DNA from: the human T2T-CHM13v2.0 reference genome, Homo sapiens
Assembly (NCBI RefSeq): GCF_009914755.1
Contig: NC_060939.1
DNA length: 64,000 nt
Direction: 5' to 3' (one strand)
Below the pieces are notes generated by a model. The model searched no databases. It was not told the DNA's origin and was given only the letters and a program-made list of their open reading frames with translations. Positions 1-18,470 of the stretch are shown here, piece after piece. How positions within the stretch are numbered: the stretch's first letter is position 1; every line of letters begins with the position of its first letter. A program made the translations under genes and the position numbers.

Positions 1-647
1 TAATACGGTTTTAAAGAAATTATGGGGAGGCGGGAACCATCCTCTGTTCAGAGCTCATGACCTGCAAAAGTCTGAACCCACCTATGCAAGTCACTCACCA
101 TCCTAGTGCTATGCTCCTGGCTTCCTGGTCACATGAATAAGAAAACCAAACTGAAATTTCGTAAGCTACAGTAGCAAGTAGAAAACCAGCAAGCCTGGGA
201 CGAGGTGTCACACTCTTCCAGAGGACATGCTTACTCACAGGCAGCAACTAGGTCGGGCAAATTCAACTCCATGGGGAAATTATCTTTTCAAATGGTTGAC
301 ATACTCAGATGATGTATTTACTAGATCCAGGGTCAACACACACACTCTCTCATTGGAATTACACGGTTTGGCAACAATGAAACTCCATTTTAGAAGTTGT
401 AAACAATGTAAACATTCAAGAATATTGGAAAGTCCAAGCTTACAATGGCACAACCACCCAATATAATACTGCACAGGCATTTGAAGTACTTACAAAGAGT
501 ATGTAGCAACATAAAGATAATGCAGCCTAAGTTAAGTGGTAATGTGAATAGAAGATACTATATTTATAACAAGTTTACAACTATGTGAAAATAATGTATG
601 GGCAAAAACAAATTGACAAGGAAAAAGAAATATTCCTTACTTGTTAG

Positions 648-953
<306 letters not shown>

Positions 954-1007
954 TCTTTTTCCTTTTCATGTGCTTTCTCATAATTTTCTATTTTTTTTAG
1001 ATTTTTA

Positions 1008-1336
<329 letters not shown>

Positions 1337-2213
1337 TCAGATTTTTTAAAACAGCTTTTCCAGAGAAAAGGGAGGGATCACACCTCACAATAATCACCAC
1401 TGATCAATTTCATTACATTATTATTATTCAACTTCCTACATATCACCATAAGTATGTATATTTTCCTTAAGTTTGCACTGTCACATTTAAACTTTACTAG
1501 AACAAGCTGGGAAAGAGAGAGAGAGCAAGCGTGAGCAAACCCTATAAGAATTATAAAATAATATATATAAAGGGGAATTTATTAAATTTAAAAAAGAATT
1601 ATAAAAGGACAGTAATCCCAGTAATCCTCCCACTGTGTCTTTGGTTAATACTGTATTCAGACATGAAATATTTTGTCTCTTTTGTTGGAAACAAAAGCAA
1701 GTAATAATAATGGAAAGTAGCTCTTTTAATATATCAAAATAAGTATACCAGTTCCAAAAATAGGATATCTGCATTCTCAGCAACTATGATCTTTTCCAGC
1801 AGACTTAAAATAATTAGTTCTCACTAAACATTGATCGGAATTTTCATTACTTGGTTTCAATTTACAGACACTTAAGAAGAATTTTTATTGATCAGAGGCT
1901 GGTGAGTTGGTCAAAATATGGTACAATAATGGAATGTTACAGAATGACTTGAAACCTACAGTATATGCAACCATAATTATGCTGGCCTGTTTGGGATGAG
2001 AAAATATTGTTTCTTCTCCGGCACTAAAACCCAAGTTAAAAGAAAGTGAAGGTCTTAGACAAAATAATATATCCCAAATTATTTACTTTGCATCTCACAG
2101 CAGTTATTGTACAGCAATTTGCTTTGTTTACGCTTCCAGGCAGCCCGTCCTAATTTAATTGACTTATAAAATGGACACACACACACAAATACTCTAGAAA
2201 TTAGGAAAATATC

Positions 2214-2382
2214 CCAGTGGTTCCCAAATCTGGCAGTCTATCAGAATCGTCAGAGTACTTTTTAATTGCCCATGTCTGGGCCCGTCTTCTGACCTGCTGG
2301 ATCCCAGTCTCCAGGGACAGAGTCTAGGAATAGGAATTTCTAACAAACTCCCTAGTTCTTGTATAGCCAGCTGGGAACAAGC
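2214..2382. mobile_element. MER5-like hAT-Charlie MITE
   Basis: cagtggttcccaaa...cagaatc...cagtctccagg...ttctaacaaactcccta resembles the MER5 consensus. Confidence 0.6.
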
Positions 2383-3326
2383 CAAGCAATTTTAAATCAA
2401 AGTCATAACAGACTTTATAGGAAATATTAATTCAAATAGGAAGTATTGTAGAGTGTGTGTCTGTGTGTGGGGGGGGTCTGTGTACTAACTATAGAAATGG
2501 AAACATACGGTAAAATATCAACGAAATGGAAAGAATGTTCTGGGGAAAAAAAGCCATTTACAATGGTATAATCCAAGGACCATAATTATTTTTCTGAGAA
2601 AGGTTATTCCTCACTTAAAAGTCAACAGTATTTTCTATTCACTTCAACTTATTCAGCAAATGTAAAAATATTTCAGTTCTTTTTTATTTTGATTTTTTGA
2701 GATATTCCCTAAAATAAGTAGGATCCGCTGTTACCACTGTTGGACGACTCACCAATGCACCCCCATCCCCCATTTCTGATCTAAAAATCTCTCTCCTGGC
2801 TCTGTACCACAGGAACTGGTGTTCCCTTGTAACTGGCTGAATCAACGTAATTGAAATATCACTTTTCCAACTTTTTGTTTGTGGTTTAAAAAGGACAAAC
2901 ACTTAAAACAAAAATGATGTCTACTTTTGTTCATGCAACACACACTGTCTAACAACCCCCTCTGCCCCAGTGTGTTAAGCCGAAGGCCAGAATGAGACGT
3001 GGCTCCTGTCAGAGAAGAGCTCACTCACTGTCTTACAGGGAAGTCGAGTATACAAAGGCTATTAATAACACAGTGGAGATGTGGGTATGGCTTTAGGGAT
3101 TTGGGGGTGGCAGCTATCCCTGATCAGAAGATTACTAAACGAAGTCACAACTAGTTACATCTCAATAAGGACAATCAAATCAGCCAGGTGTGTTGCGTGT
3201 GTGTATGTGTACTTGTGTGTATACATGTCAGGGGCTAGGATGAAGCCTGAGCCATACATAAGAGGCAAAAATTCTGTGGGGTACACATGAAGGGAACCAT
3301 GGGTAGTTAAACAGGACTTGAGGAGA

Positions 3327-4040
3327 CAGTGGCTCACACCTGTAATCTCAGCAATGTGGGAGGCCAAGGGAGTTGGAGAACCAGCCTTAGCAAACAGCAA
3401 GATCTCGTTTCTTAAAAAGAACAAAAACAAAACCCCAAAACACAAAAGAAACAACAACAATAATAATAAAACAAATAAAAATAAAAACAATTGGCTGGGT
3501 GCAGTGGCTCACGCCTATAATCCCAGCACTTTGGGAGGCCAAGGCGGGTGGATCACCTTAAGTCAGGAGTTCAAGAGCAGCAAGAGCAGCCTGGCCGACA
3601 TGGTAAAACCCCGTCTCTACTAAAAACACAAAAAAATTAGCCAGGTGTGGTGGCATGCGCCTGTAGTCCCAGCTGCTCAAGAGATCCGAGGCAGGAGAAT
3701 CACTTGAACCTAGGGGACAGAGGTTGCAGTGAGCTGAGACTGCACGACTGCACTCCAGCCTCGGTGACAGAGCAAGACTCCATCTCAAAAATAAATAGAT
3801 AAATAAATAAAAATAAAAATAAAAATTTTTAAATAAAAACAATTAAAAATAATTAGCTGGGTGTGGTAGTGTGCTCCTGTGGTCCTAGTTACTTTGGAGG
3901 CTGAGGTGGGAGGATTGTTTGAGTCCAGGAGGTTGAGGCTGCAGTGAGCTATTGTTGAGCTACTGCACTCCAGCCTGGGTAACAAAGTGAGATCCTGTCT
4001 CTAAAAAATAAAATAAAATAAAATAAAATAAACAAGTAAA
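3327..4040 (+). mobile_element. Old Alu (AluJ-like) with a younger Alu (3493-3825) nested in its A-rich linker
   Basis: Left arm, then a full inner Alu, then the right arm. TSD aaataaaaacaatt flanks the inner Alu. Confidence 0.9.
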
Positions 4041-4479
4041 TAAATAATAGGCCTTGACTGTGATGTGGGAAGCTGGGAGGGGTAGGGAGTGGAACTGGAA
4101 GGCAGTGCAGAGATCCAAGACAGTGACCTTGGGTTCAGGTTTGGGGATGCACCAAGGGTTCTGGCCTGTGCCATTTCGTGCTACATTTTATATAGACTCT
4201 AGACTTCCATTTTCTCAAGGCAGCATACCGACGAACTTGCCTTTACCTATACAGAACAACTGATATATTATTTACTTAGTTTTCAAAATTGACACACTTT
4301 TTGTTGGTCTCTGAATACTATTCTTCAATAAAAAGAACAAGGGCTGCTTTGGGAAATGACCAATGCCAGGGCTGGAGTGGGGAAAATTCAAACTGGGCGT
4401 GGAACATATAACTGTGCCAAAAGGTAAGGAAATGTACAGTGACTGGTGTGGACGTGTCAAGCATATAAGAGCCAGCTGG

Positions 4480-5000
4480 AAGGGGTTCCCACTGGCCAAA
4501 TCAAAATAAGTAATGATAATAATGGATTACGATCCTTTGAATAAAATAGGAAGCCATAATTCCATAGTGCCATACGAAAGTAAACGAGTCAATCAGTAAA
4601 CAGGAGAGAAAGGAAAGCTCTTCCTCACAGTGGAATACCAACTAATAAATGTGGAAGGAATGATGGAAACAGATATATCACCATTTGGCAGCCATCATAC
4701 AGGTGACCAGGAGTCATTAATGGATGCTAAGGCTGGTAGGTGGAGGTTTGGATGTGGAGAAGGATGTTGTCATGATCTGAGAATATATCCCCACAAAATA
4801 CACATCCTAAAAGAAAATAAAATTAATTTAATGAGAAGAAACCTAGCAGATGCCTACAGAACCAGGTGATCAAGAGCCCTGCATTGTTTCTATGGTAGTC
4901 CAGCCTAGAATGCATGACCTGAGCCTGGTCACGAGGAAATGGGTAGACTCAGCCTGAAGTCATCCCACAAAATTTAATGCCTGAACTCTTTAAAGCTGTA
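4480..5000 (+). mobile_element. Ancient L1 (L1MC-like) 3' fragment
   Basis: Resembles the L1MC 3' UTR and is similar in character to 15060-15560. Confidence 0.5.
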
Positions 5001-5454
5001 AAGGGCAAAAAACATGGCAAACACAGAGAACAAGATAGAAAAGTCAGAGAGGTACACAGAGAAGCAGGAAGATGCATGTGGCTTCATGGGGGCCAACGGA
5101 GTTGGGATTAACCATGTCAATGTGTCAGGGAGATAAACAAGACAGTGGAAATTCCCACTGGACTTATTTAATTAGACCCTGCTTTTTTTTTTTTTTTTTT
5201 TTCAAATATAGAGAGATATAGTATTGAACACAACTCTTATTTCAAAAGGTATAACCCAAGGATTAAAAATATAGTGATAGTTTTTAAAAACCAATTTTTG
5301 TAATTCTAGAGTTATAAAAGATGAACGCAGTTGTTCATCTATTAAAACATAGTCTAGACGATGAGAAATAACATCAATTCCAAAGGAGGCTTGAAAGGAA
5401 CACACTGAAATATTGTGGCTATGATAATTGGAGGTACGATGTGTTCATTGTGTG

Positions 5455-5620
5455 TATCATGCATGTCAGAGACTGTTATAAGTGCTTTACATGTGTCAAT
5501 CACTTGGTCCACATAAGAGTCCTGTGTGGTAGGTGCTTTTATAATCTCCATTATTTGAAGTGAGAAAAGGTAAGAAACTTGCTGAAGGCCACTTAGCTAG
5601 TGAGTGGAAGAGCTAGAAAA
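5455..5620 (-). mobile_element. MIR
   Basis: agtgctttacatg...gtaagaaacttgctgaaggccacttagctagtgagtgg. Confidence 0.7.
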
Positions 5621-7571
5621 GGAGGTGAGAGAGTCTGTGTCAGGGGCAAGAGCTCTACTGCTCAGAGGATGGTAAACCTTTAAGACCCTCATATGGGTTG
5701 ACTAGTCAATAAAAATCAACAAGGTTTCACAAAGGAACCCCATGAACAGCACAGTTCATAGTATCAGCAAACTTTTAGCTACTCCTGAGTCTTTACTGAT
5801 ACACACCCATTTAAGCAAGCCTTCTGCCAACAACATTTATTACCTCACGCAGAGTTGGAACTAACAAATAATAAATAGCCTACATCACTGTGATCATAAG
5901 ACAAAATAATTCTGCGAGAATGAGAAACCACATCAAAGAAGGTCCTGGACAGTCTTCTCCAATGGCTCAATTCACAGACTCCGCTTCCTGGCAGCCCTAC
6001 TAGATCTGGAACAGAAACAAGTCGGAGGTGAAGCACATCTGGGAGGTTCCAGGGTCATGGAGAGAGGGGTCCTCCATCGGACTTTAGAATTACACTAAAA
6101 AACTAATTCTCAAATACATGCCATGGCTAATGGTATAAAAGACAAAAACAAACAGCCATGCTGAAACCACTGGTTAAATAAGACAAATTCATTCCTTAAC
6201 AGATTGAGGAAAGTGTGAATAAGACCAACAGCTGTTATTTCTTCCCAACCCCAGACAAATATCTAGTTAATTGGTGTTGTCAAGCAAACAAAATTTTCAC
6301 CTACTCTGCCAAGAATATGGATGGCCCCATGGCAATGCTCATCTTGGCCCAGCCTGATGCAGTCAGAGGAACCCAATGTTGAGTATGAAGACCAAGTTTG
6401 AGTCCCAGCCCAGCTACTTCCCAGCTCTGAAATTCCTTTGAATGTTACTAGCAGATCTTTTACATTACTCTTTAAGAGTTAAAAAATGTTTTCCATGTAT
6501 ATTTCCTCATTACACTTTCTTTATATTCCTTTAAGGTATAAATTCCCAATTTATAGATGAAGTAACTGAGGCTTGCAGGGGTCACACGCCTTAGACAGAG
6601 AGAATAGAGTCTACCCTATGACTCACCCCAGAGGTCTTTCCACTGCACCTCATGACTGAAAGTGGTAATGGATTATTAACCAGTTAACCTAACACCTGCT
6701 GGCTCAAAGCAGCAGAGAAAAGTATAAAGACTGCTGTATCGGAGGCGGGCAGCTCTGGCTGGGAGCACAACTTTGTCACATTTCAAATGCAAGATTTTAA
6801 CAGTTTCATTACCTCTTTGAGACTCAGTTTCTTGATCTGCAAAAGTAGGGGACAGCAATACCTAGTTTGCTAGGCTGACGTAAAGATGAAAAATGATACA
6901 ATTAAAAGGATGCAAAGCAAGTACTCGAAAAAGAGTTGCTGTTATGTTTATGGGTAATATATTAATTAGGCAGCCCTCCTGAATAGCACTCCTTGGCTGA
7001 TGATAAAGGAATTTTAGCAACCAGACTAGAATGTAAGATTTGCAGAAAGCTTGGGGAACAGGGTCAATCTAGGCCCTTGCTCTTCAGATTTACAGCCAGC
7101 GGCAGCCCCATGCAACCCCGTCATAGTCAGAGGTATGGGCTGACAGGGCCTCCCAAAGCCAGGCCAGGGGGATGGCGAGGTCAAAGGCCGGTGCTGCTGG
7201 GATAAACAAGAAATTGGGTGGACCCACAGCAACTCAGGAGAGCCCTGAAAAGCGTCCCCATGCTAATAATAAAAGGTTCCTGAAATACATCAAAGGCAGG
7301 AAGATAGCTTGAGAATCCGGAGACACCTGATGGTGCCACAGCAAAGAGCACGAGAGACCCACGAGCCAAATATGAGCGGCACTGGGAATTTTTCCCTTTT
7401 ATCTTTACTACTGCAAAAATTACATATTTCAAATCTAAAATATATGTTGAAGCACACGGGTCAGAAATCTTAGCTCCAGTGATGACTACTATCTCCTTTT
7501 CCTCTATGAAAACTCTCTTACTCAATCAGTCAGCAAATCCCACTGATGTACCTTCAAAATATCTCTCGCCT

Positions 7572-8627
<1,056 letters not shown>

Positions 8628-9041
8628 CTCGCCTTTCTAACTCAGGTCAGGCCCTCACTGCTGCAATAGATTTCCATATTCCCTCAACATCCCATCTCTT
8701 TTCTACCAGTAACCTTATCTTTTTGAACCAGGTGTCAGTGCTATCATGTCTCTGCTCAGAGGCCTGCTATAATATAGAAATAGGCCATAGAGAACCATGA
8801 AAAGAAGGGGAAGACTGAGCTCTGGCCCCCAGACAAATCCACTGGATAACAAGTCAGGTAAAATACAGAAACTGCCCAGGTATGGCCATTTGGTGTATAA
8901 ATGCATCTTCACCTCTTGGTAAGAAATCAAAGCTAATGTGTCAATAAGGTCATGTTCTTCTGTTAACTAAGTCTGTGCGTCATTTATCCTCCGTTGATGA
9001 CAAGCCCAATCATCATCCTCCTGGGTATGCAGAGAGCATCA

Positions 9042-9290
<249 letters not shown>

Positions 9291-9479
9291 AAATAAAAAA
9301 GCACCTGTATTTGTGGGGACAGAGTGAGAGACTTTAATCCTAGGAGCTCAAGTCCAGGGGTAACTAACCTGGCGAACCTGTCCTGACCTCTGTCCTATGG
9401 TATATGGTAGCTATTACATCTCCATTAAAATATGGGAAATTTGAGACCTAGAGAGACATCACTGCTAATAGGTATAAAG

Positions 9480-9670
9480 AAAGTGCATAAGGTTTGAAGT
9501 CAGACAGGGCTAAATTCAAATAGAGGCTCTGCCATCTACTAGTTTTGGATCTTGGAATTCTCTTAAGCCTCATTTTTTAGATGCAGCTTCAAAAAACAAT
9601 GCCAACAGAGTGGTAAGGATTAAGAGACAACCTATACGAAAGCAACCAGCAGAGGGCAGGCACTCAGGAA
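9480..9670 (+). mobile_element. MIR
   Basis: tttgaagtcagacag...ggctctgccatctactag...aagcctcatttttt. Confidence 0.65.
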
Positions 9671-9926
9671 GTCTATCTTGCAGGGTCTGATGGTGCTAAC
9701 AGCAAGAGGTGACCTGAAATCAGGATTTCAAGAGCCTTAGCCCTGGCTTTTAAGCAGAGTGAGCTGGGGGAGCTTGAAAAAAGGTATTAATGCTCCAAGG
9801 CCACCACAAATCAGTTGAAACAGAATCTCTGGAGGTGGAGCCTACATATCTGTAGAGCCACTGAACTAGTAAGGCAATTCAGGAATCAGAAATACTTATC
9901 CCTAGAAAGTTAAATTGGTGAACCTA

Positions 9927-10600
9927 GGCCAGGCATGGCAGCTCACGCCTATAATCAGAGCACTTTGGGAGGCTGAGGCAGGCAGATCACTTGAGGTCAG
10001 GGGTTCAAGACCAGCCTGGCCAACAGGGCGAAACCCCTTCTATACTAAAAAATACAAACAAAAAATTAGCCAGGTGTCATGGCACACCCCTGTAATCCCA
10101 GCTACTCAGAAGGCTGAGGCAAGAGAATCACTTGAACCCAGGAAGCACAGGTTGTGGTGAGCCAAGAGTGTGCCACTGCACTCCAGCCTGGGTGACAGAA
10201 TGAGACTCCGTCTCAAAAAAAAAAAAAAAAAAAAAAAAAAAAGATAAATTAGTGAACACAAGGCATGGTAGATAAAATTAGCATCTATAGGCCGGGTGCG
10301 GTGGCTCATAACTGTAATCCTAGCATTTTGGGCGGCCAAGGCAGGTGGATCACTTGAGGTCTGGAGCTCATAAACAGCCTGGCCAACATGGTGAAACCCT
10401 GTCTCTACTAAAAATACAAAAAAATTAGCCAGGCAAGGTGGTGGGCGCCTGTAGTCCCAGCTACTTGGGATGCTGAGGCAGGAGAATCGCTTGAACCCGG
10501 GGGGATGGAGGTTGCAGTGAGCCGAGATCACACCACTGAACTCCAGCCTGAACGACAGGGTGAGACTCCATCTCAAAAAAAAAAAAAAAAAAAAAAAAAA
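9927..10600 (+). mobile_element. Two tandem AluS elements (9927-10242, 10290-10600)
   Basis: Two full Alus with long pure A tails and separate TSDs. Confidence 0.95.
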
Positions 10601-11231
10601 GTTAGCATCCATAGAAGCCACTCTTCCTGATTTGTCTGCCAGTGGGCTGAGGAGGAAGGCATAGGAAATATCCAAGGTCAACCCCAGGTGTTTATTCCTT
10701 ACTAGAAGTTGGCCTAATAGACATCAGGGCTTGGCAGGAGAGAGTGTAGGTTAATGAAAGGGGGTTGACTTACAGCAGAGTCAGGACAGGAAAGTAAACA
10801 GCAGAGATGGGGGGTTTTCTCCAAGTAAAAAGACTGTTCTGCAGACTAGAGCAACACCCTTAGTTCATGTGTTCACATCTTCAGATAGAGGTGACTGCTG
10901 TGAGCTGATTTAGCAAATACGATCATCCCTTCGCTCAGAATTCACCCCTCTATCCAGCGTTCTCGTGGTAATCTAGCTCCCTTCGTGGACTGTGTTCCAG
11001 GGCACATAATCGGCTGTCCACAGGCAGAATTCTGCCTATGCAATAATGAATTGGGGTCTGATTCACACTTCCTTGTGAGTTTGCTTGGCAAGTCAGTCTA
11101 CCCAAGGCTGCTCAACTCCAGCTGTTTTGACAAATCAAGTTTGTAGATGGACCTAGGCGTCCATGGAGCCCTGTGCTTGAGAAAGCAGCACGTCTCCTTC
11201 CTTGATTTATTTCTTTCAAAATCCACTTTGT

Positions 11232-11633
<402 letters not shown>

Positions 11634-12199
11634 CTAGAAACGCCGCCTTTATGGGCTGCATTATGCCATCTAAAGTGTCATTTAGACAAAGTCACACCAG
11701 GGAAACTGGGAGGTGGAAGTCTAAAACACCACCATAGAAATTAGGTCATCGCTCACTTTTTATTTCCTAATTAAATGACACTAAAGATTCCTAGTCTTTC
11801 CAGCCATGCCAGAATCCCTTAGCATGAGGAGCAGGCTTCTCTTCCAGCCTCCAAGAAAATGGTTTTTTCGTTTGTTTTCTGCTCACAAACACATTTTAAA
11901 AGGCACCATTCAACTCGGCCCCTAACAGATGGAGCACCTGCCCCATCCAGTGTCAGGGGCTACAAACTTGGCCTTTCCACCCAGAACAGGATTTCCCTGC
12001 CTTTCCTCCTCTCCAACATTATTTGGAAGGAAGAGTTCCAAAACCAGTTCCTTCACAGGTGAAAAAGCCAAGGCCCAGACAGGTGTGAGGCGTGCTGCCC
12101 AGGGTCAGGTGAGCATGAACCACGGCATGCCAGAGGTTTCCAATTTGCTTTCTCAAAGCAGACAAACCACAGCCCTGGTGCAGAAGAGAATTAATCAAG

Positions 12200-12855
12200 G
12201 GCTCAGGCTTTTGCCCTCGGTGACTGGGCGGTGATGTCTATGCCCCTGGAATGTCCTACCTAAGAGGAGTGCTTTTCCTTTCTTGGGGGCTTTGACCATA
12301 GGAGAGTCTGACGATATGATTTATGTCGGGGGCTTTGGGACATACCATCGCAATTCTGACCTCCAACTGGAAACTAAAGGCATTTGCACAAGCCTTCGAG
12401 AGCAGCTGGAAACTGAAGGTGGGCCAGGCAGGCGGTGCGTGATCGAGGCCAAACATCAGAGGCTCAGGTGATGTTTTCTGGTCGGCAATACTGTGAGTAT
12501 TGTCACACCTCATACCGGTAGGAGGTAGCGCTGTCCATGACTCCACAGGGAGAGGAAAACCAGAAACTCCACCTCGGGACCCTCCCAGACCTCGCCCTCA
12601 ACCTCTTTTGTTTGGCTCTAATTTGTATCCTCCTTTTGCCAGAACGAAACTGTAATCCTAAGTGTAGGGCTTTTCTGAGTTTTGTGAGTTGTTCTAGTGA
12701 ACTACTGAACCTGGCGGGGGCGGGGGGTAGTGGGAACCCCTGAATTGATGAGGGTGGCCTGGGGAGCCCTGAACATGCAGCTGATGTCTGCAGGGTGGGC
12801 AGTCTACCGAGGAGGCCTGTGCCCTTAACCTGGAGTTTGGCCCAACTCCAGGTAG
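12200..12855 (+). mobile_element. MER21-family solo LTR (ERVL class)
   Basis: tttctgagttttgtgagttgttctagtgaactactgaacctg...gggaacccc and ...ctgtgcccttaacctg...aactccaggtag resemble MER21C. Confidence 0.7.
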
Positions 12856-14389
12856 CTCCTAAATTAAAGCACATCTCCTAAATGAAAACACAGCCACTGC
12901 AACAGAAATCCTTGGGAGCAGGTCCTTGAAATCTCTGCCACCTGAACAGCTGGAAACAAGGATCTGAAGTGGGCATCATCCCGCTTCAGTGCAGGTGGAC
13001 CTTGCAGTGCAGGTGGAGGGAGACACGTGGGCTGCAGAAGACTGAGGGGGCCTCCAGACTGGCAAGCTCATGTAAGAAGACCATTCCCATCCCACTCGTT
13101 TTGGCACACACCCAGAAGAGGGAAAATGTGAGGAAAGAGAAAGGGCAGAGGACTCTATCAGAAAACTCATCCTGGACCCTCATTAAATTCCAGCTAGGAA
13201 AATACCTCCTGCCTCTCTAGTAGTCGGTGACCTCCGCTTAGTATCAAACAGAAGCATTTCCTATTAAGCAACCAAATTCAACATGACCCAGGTGTTCCTC
13301 CTCATAAAATTTAACTTGCACCTGCATCTGATCAAGTCATTAGATATAACCTTAAACTTGTAGAAAATCCAACTGAAGGAATAAGTATAGTGAGACCAGG
13401 AAGAAGCAATTAGACAAATGTAAATGATGTCTGTAGGAAAACTAGTTTTGGTCTCTTCAAAAAGTCAGTGTCATGAAAAAAAACAGCAGTAATAGGGCAA
13501 TTGTGGTAGGATAAAAATAAATTTATGATTCATAACCAAATGCAGTCAGCGTTACTTGATTTGCATAAACCAGCAGAAAAGGACGTTTGCGACTATTAGA
13601 GAAGTTTGAAGTTTTTAGATGATGTTGAAAATGTACTATTAATTACTGAGTTATGATAATGGTCTTCGGATCAGTAAGAAAATGTTTCAATTTCTCAGAG
13701 ATGCATGTGGAAATATTTAGGGGTAAAATGTCATGAAGTCTATATTTACCTCCAAATACTTCAGATATGTATTTACCTTGAAATGCTTCAGTGCTCATGC
13801 TTTGCAGTACTGACTTGGGAACCATGTAAATGTTTTGCATAATTATAAAAACAAAATTACATTTAAAAATGCAAAACAACTGAAATTGTAAATGAAATAA
13901 ATGAACCCAACTGTAGGTCAGGTTGACATAGAAAAGGATTATTTTAAGTGACTTTTATGAAACCCAGTATTTTGACTGCAAATATTGGATATTTGGACAA
14001 AAACCAGAAAAGAAATTTTAAAATGAATTCAGTATTGCTACTAATAATACTGGTATTGTTACTTTAACAGCATTAACAAACTTATTCTATCTGTCTAAAA
14101 CGCATACAATGCAATGCAAATAATTGCTAATGTAATCAGGAACTAAGATTGTTCAGCATAAGATAAATGGGATACAAAAATTAAAATCAAAGAAATAAAA
14201 ACTCTGAAATCTTAAAAATTAATTGAAAACAATTAATTTTTCAACTTCATTTTTCTCTTAAAAAGCTCATATTCCCTAGCTTTGTACTTTTAAAGAACTA
14301 TAGGCACTGAAAACACAGGGCAGTGAGCACTCTTGGTGTCTAGTTTAGTGGTCTCTTAATGCCATTTCCCATTAAAATGAACCAAGGCC

Positions 14390-15008
<619 letters not shown>

Positions 15009-15571
15009 AACCAAGGCCCCTGAAGAGACTGTGGATTCTACGCAGGAAATATACAAGATGAGCTAGAAGATCTTAAAGAAGGAAACCAACAGAGCCTACT
15101 GCGGTCATGTCCAAAGGACATAAGAGCTAAGAAAAAAGAGTGTCACTGTTCAACAACAGGATCATTTCAGCCTTGAAAAGTATAACTGCAATGTAAACAG
15201 GTACAATATTAAAAGTCCACTAGTTTGAGTAATACTGAAAATAAAACACATCACCTTGGGAGACTGCTAGGGCAACAATTAATTGTTTTGAAAATAGGTG
15301 AGTAATGGCAGTGAATCCAGTGTTTTGTCTAATTTTCCCACATAGTTTTTATTTGAAGGTGACCAAGCAAAAGAACTAATAACTGCAGAAAAATAATAGA
15401 ATTAGAAAACAACGATTTTTCAACCACTAATTAAACAATGGCTCTGAAATGATTTATAACAGACGGGTTCACTGACAATCTGGACACACGAAGAGAGAGC
15501 AACAGGCATGAAGTGCACAGCATCACTGATGAAGTTTCCTTTGCCAAAAACGGAATCTGAGTCTGATCGAG

Positions 15572-15861
15572 TTTTTTTTTTTTTTTTTTTTGAGACAGAG
15601 TCTCACTCTGTCGCCAGGCTTGAGTGCAGTGGCGCAATCTCAGCTCACTGAAAACTCTGCTTCCTGGGTTCAAGCGATTTCCCTGCCTCAGCCTCCCAAG
15701 TAGCTGGGACTACAGGCATGCGCCACCATGCCCGGCTAATTTTTTGTATTTTAGTAGAGATGGGGTTTCACCATGTTGGCCAGGATGGTCTTGATCTCCT
15801 GACCTCGTAATCTGCCCACCCAAGAGTGCTGGGATCACAGGTGTGAACCACCACTCCCGGC
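15572..15861 (-). mobile_element. Alu (AluSc-like)
   Basis: Poly-T followed by a reverse Alu. Confidence 0.93.
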
Positions 15862-16304
15862 GTCTAATGAAGTTTTTAGATATAACTATTAATTTACAGA
15901 AAATGTAGGGGACAATGGAATACTTAAGCAACATCATAGGATACAATTAGGCAATGCCAGACTGTATAGTAAGATCTACAGGACAAACAACCTTTTTTTT
16001 TTTTTTTTTAACAAAGCCAAGAAAACAAAAAGGGGAAGGGAAAATTGTTAAAGACCGAGACACCTAAGAGACACAGCAACCAGGTGCGGTGTGTAGGCCT
16101 TGTTTGGATCCTAAATAAAAATAAACCAACTATAAAAAAGAATTTATAGGAAAATCATGGAATTGGAATACTGATATTAGATACTATAAAAGAATTCTTC
16201 ATGTTTAAGGTGTGATAAGAATGATTTCTTAGAGGCACATACTAATTATTGAGGAATAAAGGGGATCTTTGGGTTTGCTTTATTAAAAAAACAAAACAAA
16301 ACAA

Positions 16305-16560
16305 AACACCATCTCTGTCGCCTGGCTAGAGTGCAGTGGTTCAAGCACAGCTCACTGTAATCTCAAACTCCTGAGCTCAAGCGATCTCCCTGCCTCAGCC
16401 TCCCTAGTAGCTAGGGCTACAGGTGTGCACCACCACACCCAGCTAATTAAAAAAACTTTTTTATGGAGACAGGGTTTGCTATGTTGTCCGGGCTGATCTC
16501 CAATTCCTGGCCTCAAGTGATCCTCCTGCCCCCTGGCTTCCCAAAGTGCTAGTATTACAT
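16305..16560 (-). mobile_element. Alu (AluJ-like)
   Basis: Diverged reverse Alu. Confidence 0.88.
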
Positions 16561-16922
16561 ATACTCTTTTCTTGACCTTGGAAATGAATCTACTGCCATG
16601 CCCTGCCAGATTTGCTTTAAGTAATCAAGTGGGACAGAATGGGAGGACCAAATAAAACAGAATTGGCCATATACTGACAACAGTGCAAAATGGATAATAG
16701 ATATACAGGGACACATTCTACTATTCTTTCTCATTTTGTGTATATTTGTAATTATCCACAATAAAAGGTTTTTTTTTTCCCAAAAATGTCTCAGAAAAAT
16801 TAACTAAAAAAGATGAACACAAATACGTATGATAAGATTGTGAACTGTCAAATTCTAGGTGATGAGAATATGGATGCTTATACTTTCTAGTGTTTGAAAA
16901 TATTCACAATAGTAAGCAGAGC

Positions 16923-17660
<738 letters not shown>

Positions 17661-17690
17661 AAATAAGCAGAATTTTAAAAGCACTTAAGG

Positions 17691-17920
17691 CAGGAGTATC
17701 CAATCTTTTGGCTTCCCTGGGCCACACTGGAAGAAGAAGAATTGTCTTGGGCCACACATAAAATACACTAACACAAACGATAGCTGAAGAGCTTAAAAAA
17801 AATTGCAAAAAAATCTCATAATGTTTTAAGAAAGTTTACGAATTTGCTATGGGCCACACTGAAAGCTGTCCTAGGCCGCATGTGGCCCATGGCCTGCAGC
17901 CCACAGGTTGGACAAGCTTG
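17691..17920 (+). mobile_element. MER30 (hAT-Charlie MITE), full length
   Basis: caggagtatccaatcttttggcttccctgggccaca...ggttggacaagcttg with an 8-bp TSD acttaagg/acttaaac. Confidence 0.9.
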
Positions 17921-18338
17921 ACTTAAACCCAGCCAGGATTCAGAGCCATGTCAGACTAGAGGGATTATGAAATGTGGCTACAGACACCTAATGCTGGCAA
18001 TTACCAGTAATCTTCCCCCAAATTCAATGCAAATGACAAAGTTCACCAAAAATGTTCAAACATGAACTACTAAATTATGAAGGGAATGAAAAAATAGGGA
18101 CCTACAGAAAAGGAATTCACCTGACTAAACAGTGAAAACATGTTTATTATACTTACTGCAATCCCATGGAAGCTCAAAAGTTTTATGATATGGAGCTCTA
18201 TTATATAGAGTTATAAATAAAGCAAGATAAAGCAGCTAACCTGCTTGCTACTCAGACACATTAACCAGGCTGTGACATCAGTAGCTGTTGCAAAACCACT
18301 GCTTATCGACCGAAATCCATAACCACAGCATAGTCTCA

Positions 18339-18470
<132 letters not shown>

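Noticed and set aside
10106-10681. 191-aa ORF, and the many similar [16 protein letters not shown] ORFs
   Set aside because: These are translations of Alu sequence, not genes.
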